A DNA stretch of 64,000 bases, taken from a bacterium (GTDB lineage: Bacteria; Bacteroidota; Ignavibacteria; UBA10030). Positions 47,937-58,100 of this stretch are shown here, piece after piece. The position numbers were made by a program, and so were the translations under genes. How positions within the stretch are numbered: the first letter of the stretch is position 1; each line of letters begins with the position of its first letter. The notes below the pieces were generated by a model. That model was not told the DNA's origin. It saw only the letters and a program-made list of their open reading frames with translations, and ran no database searches. Location: the NCBI GenBank assembly GCA_043803945.1, contig JAZDJN010000104.1, forward strand, positions 1 to 64,000, in the 5' to 3' direction.

Positions 47937-49595
47937 CTACATTCTCTCCGGCGCGCTGACGCCTAATATTTTTAGCCCATTCGAAAGCACCAGTATTGTC
48001 GCTGAACATAAGGCAAGGCGTGCAAGCGACAGATCCCGCTCAGGGATGACAACCCGGTGCTCGTGATAAAATCGATGAAACTCTGTTGCCACATCGTGTA
48101 AATAGTTCGTTAGCCGCATTGGTTCGAACGCCATGCACGCCGATTCCACAACCTCGGGAAATTCGAGGAGGATCTTGATTAATTTGATTTCCTCGGTTGA
48201 TCGAAGAAGATCGGTCTGAATACCCCACTCAGACGGCTGCTTTCCTGGAACGAGTATGCCCTCGCTTTCAGCAAAACGCAAAATGCCGGCAATGCGTGCA
48301 TGCGCATATTGCAGATAGTAGACAGGATTCTTGTCAGATTGTTCTTTTGCCAGATTGAGATCGAATTCAAGATGACTGGAGACTGAGCGCATCAAAAAGA
48401 AAAACCGGACTGCATCCGAGCCCACTTCGTCAATCAATTCATCAAGCGTGACGAAATTTGCAGACCGTTTTGACATTTTCACCTGTTGGCCATCGCGCAT
48501 CAGTGTCACAAATTGATGGATCACAACCTTCACTTTTTCAGGATCGTACCCCAACGCCTTGACTCCGGCAAGTACATCGGGAATTGTCGCTATGTGGTCT
48601 GCTCCAAAGACATCGACAATCAGTTCGAAGCCCCGGCGGAATTTCTCACGGTGATAGGCAATATCGGGCAGGCGGTAGGTCGGCTCACCCGTACTCTTCA
48701 CGATCACCCTATCCTGTTCCAGCCCCAACGCCGTTGCCTTCAGCCATACTGCTCCTTCAAAATCGTAAGCAAGCTCTTTTTTTCTAAACTCCCCGATCAC
48801 CTCGTTTATGGTCCCATCGGAATAAAGGGAATCTTCATTAAAGAATACATCAAAAACGACACCCATTTTTGCCAGAACACCTTTTATGACATCAAAGAGC
48901 GATTGTTCAGCAACCTGTTTACAAATCCCAAGGGCTTCTTCTTTTTCCGCGGAGCAGAGAGAATCCTTGTACTCAGTAGAGAGCTGAGCCGCTATCTCCT
49001 TAATGTAATCTCCCTGATAGCCATCTTCAGGAAAAGTGTACTGATCATCATAGATCTGGCGGTAGCGTACATAGGTGGACTCGGCAAGCATCCGCATCTG
49101 CCTGCCGGCATTATTGTAATAATATTCACGGGTAACATCATGCCCTGTCCATTGGAGCAGATTGGCAAGTGTATCGCCAATGGCGGCCTGGCGTCCATGA
49201 CCAACGCTCAAAGGCCCGGTTGGATTCGCACTGACAAATTCCACCTGGGTTTTCTTCTGTGCACCGCTCGTTGAACGACCGAATTGGCCGCCCAGATCCA
49301 AAATGTCCGTGAGTTGCCGGCTAAAAAAGTGATCCGAAAAACGAAAATTGATGAAGCCCGGCCCTGCAATCTCAACGTTGGAGACATCCATTGGATCGAG
49401 GTTAAGCGCAGAAATAATTTCCTGGGCAATCGCCCGAGGATTCTTGTCAACTTTTTTTGACAACGACATGGCGATGTTGGTGGTGAGGTCGCCGTGAGCT
49501 TCGAGCCTTGGTTTTTCGAAGATAAGCGGGATCCCCACATCATACCTTAAGGAGGCGAGGGCGGATTGGACTTTCTGTGAAAGATAATTCTTCAT
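47937..49595 (-). CDS. argS: Arginine--tRNA ligase
   Basis: AGPGFINF, EFVSANPTGPLSVGHGR, GADH, KMSKR, YLQYAHARI, GVSAPERM. Confidence 0.97.
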   Translation of the reverse strand: MKNYLSQKVQSALASLRYDVGIPLIFEKPRLEAHGDLTTNIAMSLSKKVDKNPRAIAQEIISALNLDPMDVSNVEIAGPGFINFRFSDHFFSRQLTDILDLGGQFGRSTSGAQKKTQVEFVSANPTGPLSVGHGRQAAIGDTLANLLQWTGHDVTREYYYNNAGRQMRMLAESTYVRYRQIYDDQYTFPEDGYQGDYIKEIAAQLSTEYKDSLCSAEKEEALGICKQVAEQSLFDVIKGVLAKMGVVFDVFFNEDSLYSDGTINEVIGEFRKKELAYDFEGAVWLKATALGLEQDRVIVKSTGEPTYRLPDIAYHREKFRRGFELIVDVFGADHIATIPDVLAGVKALGYDPEKVKVVIHQFVTLMRDGQQVKMSKRSANFVTLDELIDEVGSDAVRFFFLMRSVSSHLEFDLNLAKEQSDKNPVYYLQYAHARIAGILRFAESEGILVPGKQPSEWGIQTDLLRSTEEIKLIKILLEFPEVVESACMAFEPMRLTNYLHDVATEFHRFYHEHRVVIPERDLSLARLALCSATILVLSNGLKILGVSAPERM

Positions 49596-49605
49596 GCTTC
49601 CGATG

Positions 49606-50040
49606 TTATTTTGATTTCAGTTTGGGAGAACGTTTTTTCCCCGTAGTTTTTCGTTTTATCGCTGCAGACTCGAGCGTATACATGATACCGGTGGGGGTAT
49701 CTTCTACTTGTGTCCGTTTTGCATCTCCCCAGAGCCGTTCAACACTGTAAAAGGAACGTGCCTCTTTATGAAAGACATGGACAACGATATCGACATAATC
49801 CAACAGAACCCATGAAAGTGCTTTCCATCCTTCCGAGTGCCAGGGGCGGCCTTCACTCTCCAGCATGCCATCCTGCACCGCGTCCGCGATTGCCTTCACC
49901 TGCGTTTCCGAATCTGCAGAGCAGAGTACAAAAAAATCCGCAGGCCCATCAAGCCCTCTCAAATCCATAAGAAGAACATCAAATGCTTTCTTGGAAAGAG
50001 CGTATGCTGCCATCTTCTTTGCAAGAGTTCGTGAAATCAA
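49606..50040 (-). CDS. rsfS: Ribosome silencing factor
   Basis: SKKAFD, DFFVLCS, QVKAIAD, WVLLDYVDIVVHVF, ERLWGDA. Confidence 0.93.
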   Translation of the reverse strand: MISRTLAKKMAAYALSKKAFDVLLMDLRGLDGPADFFVLCSADSETQVKAIADAVQDGMLESEGRPWHSEGWKALSWVLLDYVDIVVHVFHKEARSFYSVERLWGDAKRTQVEDTPTGIMYTLESAAIKRKTTGKKRSPKLKSK

Positions 50041-50058
50041 CGTGGTATCCTCCAGTTG

Positions 50059-50586
50059 TTAGCGCATAGGGATTAAAGAGCGATAATCTTTTCCGACAAT
50101 CACTGTGACATCAATATACAAATTCCGATCGATCATCTGGCCCACTCGCTCCTTGGGGATGCCGAGCGCCGCTGCGACCTGCTCCGCAGCAGCCAGATTC
50201 CCCGATCGGTCAAGAACATGCGTTTGGGCGACATTCTTCTCCCTGAAGTTCCCCATTTCCACAACATCAAATCCCCGTGCACGAAGATAATCGGTAAATT
50301 TCTGTCCAAGTTTAGGTATCCCCGTACCATTTAATACATCAAGTTGAATAACATGTGGTTTTCCTCCCTGAACAATGGAAGGTTCAACTTTCGGGCTGAA
50401 GACGGTGTGACGGAGAAACGAATAGAGAAAGACCAGTACGACGAAACCAAATATCCCGAGCAACACTAAGATGGAATATTGTTTCCAATCGCGACGGATG
50501 GTTGAAGTCTTACGGGGATTCGTCTCCCGTGCTGGTTTCTCGGGTGGATTCTGTTCTTCAAACTCTTTTAGATCCATGGACTCCAT
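50059..50586 (-). CDS. Membrane-anchored LytR_C domain protein
   Basis: One TM; DVLNGTGIPKLG, LRARGFDV..GN, DVTVIVGKDY. Confidence 0.85.
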   Translation of the reverse strand: MESMDLKEFEEQNPPEKPARETNPRKTSTIRRDWKQYSILVLLGIFGFVVLVFLYSFLRHTVFSPKVEPSIVQGGKPHVIQLDVLNGTGIPKLGQKFTDYLRARGFDVVEMGNFREKNVAQTHVLDRSGNLAAAEQVAAALGIPKERVGQMIDRNLYIDVTVIVGKDYRSLIPMR

Positions 50587-50598
50587 TCTTCAAGCAAT

Positions 50599-50647
50599 AA
50601 AAAACCGGATATCATACCGTACAAGGACGGCTTTGATGATTCCGGTT
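50599..50647 (-). terminator. Terminator-like hairpin with U-tract
   Basis: Minus strand AACCGGAATCATCAAAGCCGTCCTTGTACGGTATGATATCCGGTTTTTT (imperfect stem followed by T6). Confidence 0.55.
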
Positions 50648-50682
50648 CACGAAGAAGCACAACAACATATTCAGGAATAGAC

Positions 50683-51192
50683 TCAGTGACGATCCTCCCG
50701 CGTTCGAATGAAACTATAGTCATCATAGTAATTAGGCCAGCCATACTGTCCGTAGCCAGCCATCGGAGGGAGCTGACGAAAATCAATCTGAAACAGCATG
50801 TTCTTCGATGGCCGATAATTCAACTGAGCCTTGCTGAGAAAAATACCGCTCAAATCTTTTTCAAACTGCTTCCCAAATGAACTGAAGGGGGAATGCATTA
50901 AGCTGATATCAGCCTGGATGTCGAGTTGGTCGTTGAATTGATACATCATGCTATTCGTGTAGACACCAAGCGATAATCCCTGTCCTCCAAACGATGAATA
51001 CGAGAGAGAGAAACTGTGCCGCATGCTTAATTTACTCGGATCAAACAAACCGAAGAGAAACGAATTGTTTTCCGTTCGGAATAGCGAACCGGTCACTGAG
51101 GTATTCAACTCAGGACTTGATTTGAACTGAGCTATCATTCCTGTAGATACGACCAGTAACAGGATAACAGCCGATACGATCCATGTTCTCAT
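50683..51192 (-). CDS. Exported hypothetical protein, beta-strand-rich
   Basis: Signal peptide; alternating aromatic pattern (HSFSLSYSS, YTNSMMYQF, AQLNYRPS); GGAGGT RBS before ATG 51192. Confidence 0.7.
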   Translation of the reverse strand: MRTWIVSAVILLLVVSTGMIAQFKSSPELNTSVTGSLFRTENNSFLFGLFDPSKLSMRHSFSLSYSSFGGQGLSLGVYTNSMMYQFNDQLDIQADISLMHSPFSSFGKQFEKDLSGIFLSKAQLNYRPSKNMLFQIDFRQLPPMAGYGQYGWPNYYDDYSFIRTREDRH

Positions 51193-51295
51193 TATCTTTA
51201 CCTCCATCTCATCATATGAACAGTAGTATGATACTTAAATGTAGAAGTATTGTCAAGAATATGGGGTTGGGGAATCCCTCCTGGTAAAACTCCCC

Positions 51296-52138
51296 TCAAT
51301 TCTGAAGCAATCGAAGCAGCTTGGCAATGGTTTCCTTCATATCCTTCCGATGAACCACCATATCGATAAAGCCCTTTTCCTGCAGAAATTCTGCACGTTG
51401 GAACCCTTTCGGCAGGTCTTTCCCAATCGTCTGGCGTATCACCCGGGGGCCTGCAAATCCAATCAGCGCACCCGGCTCGGCAATATTGAGATCGCCGAGC
51501 ATTGCCCAGCTTGCTGTAACTCCTCCCGTTGTCGGATCGGTAAGGATGGAGATGTATGGTACCGATGCATCGGACAGTTGTGCAAGTTTGGCCGATGTTT
51601 TTGCCATTTGCATTAACGAGAGTGCAGCTTCCATCATGCGTGCTCCTCCCGTTGAGGAGATAATGAGGAGCGGGTAGCGTTTCTTCCTTGCCGCATCGAT
51701 TGCCCGTGCAATCTTCTCACCCACGACCGAGCCCATGCTCCCTCCGATAAAGGTAAAGTCCATGCAGGCAATGACGACAGGGATCCCCTCAATTTTTCCG
51801 GAGCCAGTCCGGACAGCATCATGGAGACCCGTCTTCTTTATGGCATCCTTCAAGCGATCCGAATAGCGCTTCGTATCGACAAAGTGCAGCGGATCTTTTG
51901 ACCTCATTTTCGTGTCCATCTCCTTCAACGACTTGGCATCGAGCAGGATATCAAAATACTGCGCGCTTCCAATCCGGAAATGGAAGCTGCACTGTTTGCA
52001 AGTGAAAAAATTCTGCTCGAGAATTTTTTGATGGAGAATTTCTCCGCAGCTTTCACATTTCATCCACTGCCCATCGGGGATTTCTTTCTTCTGAGCTTCG
52101 GATGAAATATTTTCTTTCGATCGTCTAAACCATGCCAT
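51296..52138 (-). CDS. accD: Acetyl-CoA carboxylase carboxyltransferase beta subunit
   Basis: C4 Zn ribbon, [42 protein letters not shown]. Confidence 0.97.
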   Translation of the reverse strand: MAWFRRSKENISSEAQKKEIPDGQWMKCESCGEILHQKILEQNFFTCKQCSFHFRIGSAQYFDILLDAKSLKEMDTKMRSKDPLHFVDTKRYSDRLKDAIKKTGLHDAVRTGSGKIEGIPVVIACMDFTFIGGSMGSVVGEKIARAIDAARKKRYPLLIISSTGGARMMEAALSLMQMAKTSAKLAQLSDASVPYISILTDPTTGGVTASWAMLGDLNIAEPGALIGFAGPRVIRQTIGKDLPKGFQRAEFLQEKGFIDMVVHRKDMKETIAKLLRLLQN

Positions 52139-52155
52139 CGAGGCCTCCAATCCAA

Positions 52156-52851
52156 TTAATGCAAAATACCACTCTTTTCCTGACGCCGCACGACAAACTC
52201 CTTGAGGTAGAGCGGTTCAGACGATGCGATGTCTGCAAACGCTCTCTCACGCACACTCTGCTGAGCAATTCGGGCCACCGCTGCCCCCCGGCAGTGCTGC
52301 TGCAGTTCAAGTACGTCGGCTCTTTCACCCAACATATCCCGAATAGTGTGAACCCGATCGGTGACAACACAACTCTTGACATCTATCGGGATCTTGTTGG
52401 GAATATCCCGAACAGGGATGATACCGGCTGATCCTTCAGCCTGTACTCTTCCATTTTGAATCGTGTACTCACCGGCATAGAACTCTCCTTGTTTCGCGTC
52501 GACAAGAACAAAAATGTGTCTATTCTCGTCAATCTGCAGTCCGACAGATGCGGCAACAGCGTCAAATGTCGACACAAGAACAAGCGGTTTCCCAAGTGCA
52601 TAGCAGAGTCCCTTGGCCGTGCTCATGCCGATCCTCAATCCCGTAAATGAGCCTGGTCCTTTGGAGACAGCAACAGCGGTAAGCTCGTTTATCGGCAATC
52701 GGGCTTCGGCAAGGACCTTCTGAATCAATGTCAGGAGCTTTTCTGAATGAATATGCGATTCTGTGATCGAATGCTCAATATCAATTCCACCCTCACGTAC
52801 TAGGGCAACGGCGCACACCGACGTCGATGTCTCGAGACCTAGGATATTCAT
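52156..52851 (-). CDS. tsaB: t6A biosynthesis protein TsaB
   Basis: [38 protein letters not shown]. Confidence 0.93.
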   Translation of the reverse strand: MNILGLETSTSVCAVALVREGGIDIEHSITESHIHSEKLLTLIQKVLAEARLPINELTAVAVSKGPGSFTGLRIGMSTAKGLCYALGKPLVLVSTFDAVAASVGLQIDENRHIFVLVDAKQGEFYAGEYTIQNGRVQAEGSAGIIPVRDIPNKIPIDVKSCVVTDRVHTIRDMLGERADVLELQQHCRGAAVARIAQQSVRERAFADIASSEPLYLKEFVVRRQEKSGILH

Positions 52852-52885
52852 CAATCGCTCTGCTGTCCGATGGCGGTATTCGGAA

Positions 52886-53350
52886 TCATGATCGTTTCTC
52901 GATTTGTTCGATAGAGAGCTGCCGCTCATATTCATGCTCGCCATGCATCAGGTGAACAGCATAGTGCTTCACCGGAAGCAATTGCTCCACCTGATCTGCC
53001 CACTCAATCAGGCAGATATTCTGTCCAAAAAAGAATTCCTCATAGCCGAGATCGTAAATCTCCTCCAGCGAACGAGTCCGGTAAAGATCGAGATGATAGA
53101 TCAACAATTCTTCGCCGGCCGGATCGACCCCCTCATAACGATTCAGGAGGACAAACGTCGGGCTCGACACCGAGCCGCGCACGTTGAATGCCGAACATAC
53201 TCCTTTAACGAACTGAGTTTTTCCCGTACCGAGATCGCCATAGAGGGCAATGACATCACCGCGCCTGATCGTCGCTGCAAATTCAGCGGCAATCCGTATC
53301 GTTTCTTCAGCGGATGGAGAAGTAAACCTTTGTCTTTGCCCTTGCAGCAT
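52886..53350 (-). CDS. tsaE: t6A biosynthesis ATPase TsaE
   Basis: GDLGTGKT, VSSPTF, YHLDLYR, LIEW. Confidence 0.95.
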   Translation of the reverse strand: MLQGQRQRFTSPSAEETIRIAAEFAATIRRGDVIALYGDLGTGKTQFVKGVCSAFNVRGSVSSPTFVLLNRYEGVDPAGEELLIYHLDLYRTRSLEEIYDLGYEEFFFGQNICLIEWADQVEQLLPVKHYAVHLMHGEHEYERQLSIEQIEKRS

Positions 53351-54913
53351 CTATTTCGGTTCCAGTTTAACGACCGGCAGTATCATCTCCTCCATCGAAA
53401 TGCCGCCATGTTGGAAGCTGTCACGGTATTGATTGAGGTACTTGTGGTAATCGGTTGGGTAGACGAAGAAGAAATCTTCCTTCGCCAGGATGTAGTTCGT
53501 TGTTACACTGCTCCGTGGAAGCCTGTACTCAATCGGATTCTTTACAAAGACCGCCTGTCGATCATCCACTTTGAGGTTTCGTCCAAACTTGTACCGTAAA
53601 TTGGTCGAGGCTTCGCGATCACCAATCACCTTTGCGCCCCGTAAACAGCGCACACTGCCATGATCGGTCGTAATAATAATTCGTACATTCTTTTGGGAAG
53701 AGAGTGTTTTCAGGATATTATAGAGTGATGAATGTTGGAACCATGATTTCGTTAAGGAGCGATAGGCCGCTTCATCGGGTGCAATTTCCTTGATCAAGGG
53801 GGAATCCGATCGCCCATGGGCCAGGATATCCACAAAATTCACAACGATGGCGGTGAGTTTGCTTCTGGTATAGGAGAGGATATTGCCCTCCACTTGCCGT
53901 CCGAATTCAGCATCCAGTATCTTCACATACTTCGATTCAGGCTTCAGTCGAATCCGTTTCCGCTCGAGGTACTTATCGAGCAATTGATGCTCATTTCTGT
54001 TTCTGCTGTTCTCATCATCATCACCAGCCTGCCAGATTTCGGGAAACCGTTTTTCCAGGTCGGAAGGAAACAACGCGCTGAAGATGGCGTTGCGAGAATA
54101 GGGTGTCGCGGTCGGTAAGATGCTGAAATAAAAAGCCTTGTCGATCGTATAGAAATCGGAAAGCAGCGGTTCCATCAACAGCCATTGATCGTAACGAAGG
54201 CAATCGATGACAAAGAGAAAGAGGGATTTATCACCTTCCAATTCCGGAATAATATATTGATCGAGAACATCAACTGAGAGGTAGGGCCGGTTCGCTTCCG
54301 ACTCGATCCAATTACGATAATTCTTCTCAATGAACTTGCTGAACTCGACATTACATTCCCTCTTTTGATCGAGAATTGTCTGACGCAGGCCAAGTTCCGG
54401 ATGCTCATCGAGTTCCATATCCCATGCGGTGAGTTTGGTGTACAGCTCAATCCATTCATCCGTGGTGAGCGGATTCATTAACGCCATCGAGATTTGCTGG
54501 AATTCCTGGGCGGAATCGCGGGAGACCTGTGCGCTGGTGATTTTTTTCGCCTCAAGGAATTTTTTGCATGCCATGAGAATCTGGCTGGGATTTACCGGCT
54601 TGGTAAGGTAATCGCTGATCTTGCTTCCGATGGCTTCCTCCATCAGGCTTTCAGCTTCATTCTTCGTCACCATCACCACGGGAAGATTGGGATGGATATC
54701 CTTAATCTTGGAGAGCGTTTCGAGTCCCCCCATTCCCGGCATCATCTCATCAAGAAACACCAGGTCAAAGGCCTGCTCTGTCGCCATCGTGACGGCATCG
54801 GCGCCATTTGTCGCAATTTGCACCGAGTACCCTTTTTGTTCGAGCAACAGGACATGTGCTTTAAGAAGATCGATCTCGTCATCAATCCAGAGTATTTTTT
54901 TCTTCATTTCCAC
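53351..54913 (-). CDS. porX: PorX: receiver domain plus PglZ/alkaline-phosphatase-superfamily domain
   Basis: ILWIDDE, FLDEMMPG, KPVNP; IDCLRYDQW, ILPTATPYSRNAIFS, TTDHG, FQHGGISMEEMILP. Confidence 0.92.
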   Translation of the reverse strand: MEMKKKILWIDDEIDLLKAHVLLLEQKGYSVQIATNGADAVTMATEQAFDLVFLDEMMPGMGGLETLSKIKDIHPNLPVVMVTKNEAESLMEEAIGSKISDYLTKPVNPSQILMACKKFLEAKKITSAQVSRDSAQEFQQISMALMNPLTTDEWIELYTKLTAWDMELDEHPELGLRQTILDQKRECNVEFSKFIEKNYRNWIESEANRPYLSVDVLDQYIIPELEGDKSLFLFVIDCLRYDQWLLMEPLLSDFYTIDKAFYFSILPTATPYSRNAIFSALFPSDLEKRFPEIWQAGDDDENSRNRNEHQLLDKYLERKRIRLKPESKYVKILDAEFGRQVEGNILSYTRSKLTAIVVNFVDILAHGRSDSPLIKEIAPDEAAYRSLTKSWFQHSSLYNILKTLSSQKNVRIIITTDHGSVRCLRGAKVIGDREASTNLRYKFGRNLKVDDRQAVFVKNPIEYRLPRSSVTTNYILAKEDFFFVYPTDYHKYLNQYRDSFQHGGISMEEMILPVVKLEPK

Positions 54914-54986
54914 GATGGTATTGTACCTATTCTGTTAGTGAGAATCAACGCCACTTTATTCCCTATCGACCTGGCCTGAAAAGTCC

Positions 54987-55119
54987 GCCACAGAGACTCA
55001 CCTGCCCGACTATGTAGATGCTATTGAGGCAGGCGGGGAGTTCATTGAGGTTGACAAATGTTGTTTAGAGAGTCAATACTTACAAAATATCTTCTCTGTG
55101 TTCTCCGTGACTCGGTGGC
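54987..55119. repeat. Inverted-repeat cassette with a CCTGCC hairpin insert in the left arm
   Basis: Left GCCACAGAGACTCA[CCTGCCCG...GCAGGCGGG 55001-55037]GAGTTCATTGAG; right arm reverse complement GCCACCGAGTCACGGAGAACACAGAG. Confidence 0.6.
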
Positions 55120-55142
55120 AAATTCACCTTTCCACCAGATTT

Positions 55143-58100
55143 CTAGCGGCTTCCTTGGATTTGGACATTCACATCGAGACCGAACTCATTCGTTGTTGAT
55201 CCGGGGATGCGTGACCCTCCCTCGGCCGGTTTCAATCGTGAATACTTATAGAAAATGGAGGCTGTTACTGTCGAGCTCATCACATACCGGATGCGGGGCT
55301 CGATGATGGTATTGCTCGAACCTTCACGCGGGTATCCTTCTGCATTGAAGATCACATCGTTCAACCGATACTCCCGCTGTTCATTTTTTCTAAAGCTATA
55401 GGAGAAGCTGAAGTCCAGGTCGTTCGAAAGTGAAAGCCCGAAGAAGGGAATCTCAAAACCTGTGCGCGAGTACCGTGCGCTCACCGATACTTCAGTTGAG
55501 TTATTGGCAATAGCAATCTGGTTCGAGGGGATGAGGTCGTAGCTCGTTCCGGTCCCAAAGCGTAAATCAGTTGTGAGGTTCCCCTTCATGAACTCTTTGA
55601 AAGTGATATTCATCCCGACGAGAGGCGCAAACTCATACGAGATCACCTGGCTCTCCGTAACCTCTTCACCGTTCGGCGATATTTTCCAGCGCCGTTTATA
55701 CGACGAGCCATAGCGATGATCGAGACTGACACGCTGTGCGATGCTGCTGAGGAAGGGCAGCTTCTCGAGGCCATCCCATTGCAACGACCAGTTCGGGCGA
55801 GGCATCAATCCTCCGAAGAGCTTCTTGGCAAATGAAACGGCTTCCATCCCCTCTTCAAATGCCTGTGTCAGCTTCACTGCCGGTGTGCGCAGATCTCCCG
55901 GATCATCCCGCAATCCCTCATACTTCTTCTGAACATTTTCGATGCCTGTATTCAGAAACTTGAAGAAGAGCACGGGGGGAAATGTCATAAAGGAGCGATC
56001 CATATCACCGCTGATAACCCGGTTCACCTCATGCGCAACACCAAGGCTGTCCGATTGCAGTGTTTTATTTGAATTGAATGTCCAGTTCAACCTCCAATCG
56101 AGTTGAAGCCTTGCTCCCTCCCAGAGGGGCCGCGATGTTTTCATGCTCAGTGTATTCGTCTGCGCAAACATATCGACGAGATTTCCTCCCGGAGATCGCA
56201 ATCCCGGAATGGTATAGCCCGAGACGAAAGGAAATTTTCCCTTGCTCTTGATAACGACCTCACCATGGGGATCCGTCGACAATCCCATTTGATAAAGGAA
56301 CGAGGGGCCGTTTGCGGGGATTGATTTCTGGAAAAACGGGATACGTTCAAAGAGATTTGAAAATCCTGGGCGCCCGATTACGCCGCTATTTTGAACCTGG
56401 TTTTGCTGGCCGTACTGAAGATCCATCCGCTCAAAATCGAATATTGGAATTTTGATAAGATACCGCGAGACCTTATCAAGAATCGCTCCAATATCCACTG
56501 AGGCCTCCGGCTTTGTCGTATCGATCGGTGTAGCGGGTGCTTTGGCGGTACCCTGCGACCAGATTTCATTGCCAAGATTCTTCATATTAAAATTGAGAGA
56601 GAGAGTCAACATTGGTCTCGTTTGCGCCGCCTTGCCAAGTTCACCGGCCTGCAAGTTATTGATCCAACTATACTGCGAGGAATACCGGGCTGTTAACGAA
56701 ATGAATTTATCAAGGTTCAAAATTGATGGAACGATCGGCTGCGGATTGAAGGCGATTGTCTGTCCATACTGCTGGTCGACACCGAAATCCATCAGGCGTG
56801 ATTTGCCAAACATCTCATTGAGGATATCAGAGAAAGATCGTTGTTGATTAAGATGATCCAGCTCAAAATTCAGGAGTGTGCTCTGAATATCCAGTTGATA
56901 GTCCATTCCAAGATTCAGTAAACCATCCCTCACAAACTGCCAACTGAACTGGAATGCCCGTGTGCCGCCAAAGGAACGAACAATCGGTTTTGTTGCCGAT
57001 TGATCACGTGCTTTTTCCATGGTCTGCCCCCGGGATAACGACGCTGAGACGTTGAACGTTCGCGGAGTAAAGAACACCTTCGCTTTCTTCCATGGGCTGG
57101 TCAGGAAGAAATCGCCAAACGGTTCGAACGGTTCAATATAATTCTGCTCGCTGAATTGGAGTTGGTAATTCACGCGGGTGCTCCACATCCACTGTTCGAA
57201 ATTTTGGGTAACTGGATTCCGCCGCGTCATCTTTGTATAGGAATAGGCTAGTGTCAGTTTATTTATCGTCTCGGTAATCAACCAGGTGTCCACCGGCACG
57301 TTCAGCTTGATATTCGGGAGTGCAAAGGACTCGGTAATATCGATCGAGCGGGTCCTTTGTTTGACATCTTCGGCGCTGGTCTTTGCCTCCTGCTCTGTTC
57401 GCCCGCCGATCCTCTTCGATTCTTCTGTTCGTCGAATCGCTTCATCGACAAGGATATCGGTTCCCGGAACATACCGGGGATTTTGCACCCTCTCTGAATG
57501 TGAATAGCTGACATTCAGGCTGGTTCCCCGCCAGCTCTCCGGCAGAAATCGCTCAAGGTTCAACGATCCCGACATTGCCCAATTGAGATCGACATTCCTG
57601 GAGCCAAAGCGTTCTTCCAGCGAATGGAAAAATGGATCGCGCTGCGTCATGTTAAATGTTACAGAGCCCAGGTTTGCAAGTGTGAGCGAAGACTCGAAGC
57701 GATATGCCCAACCCGGTGTATTATCGACATCCGTGAGGCGAAGTTCATTGATCCAGACATCTCCTGAATATGTTTTTCCAATCATTCCTTTGTTGTACGG
57801 ATTTTCAACTCCGATTACCAGCAATCGGATATTGGTTAATGTCGGTTCGCCCCTCACCTGAAATGTTGCTCCCACCGGTCCATCGGGCACCGGTACACGG
57901 CGGCTCATTCCCCCTGCACTATCGCGAGCAAGCTTGACGGCTGTCATCTGTTCGAAATTGATCTTGACATCATTCCAACCCGGAGTTACCGGAGCACGGT
58001 ATTCATAGTAGTTCAGCGAGTCGGTTCCAAACCGGAAGAAGAATTCAAGATCATAATCTGATGTATCGGTGAAAGCGGGCCTGTACCCAAGTCGTTCATC

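Noticed and set aside
53351-54913. PglZ domain as evidence of a BREX defence system
   Set aside because: It is fused to a receiver domain and flanked by sprA and tsaE, which identifies PorX; no brxC, pglX or brxL is nearby.
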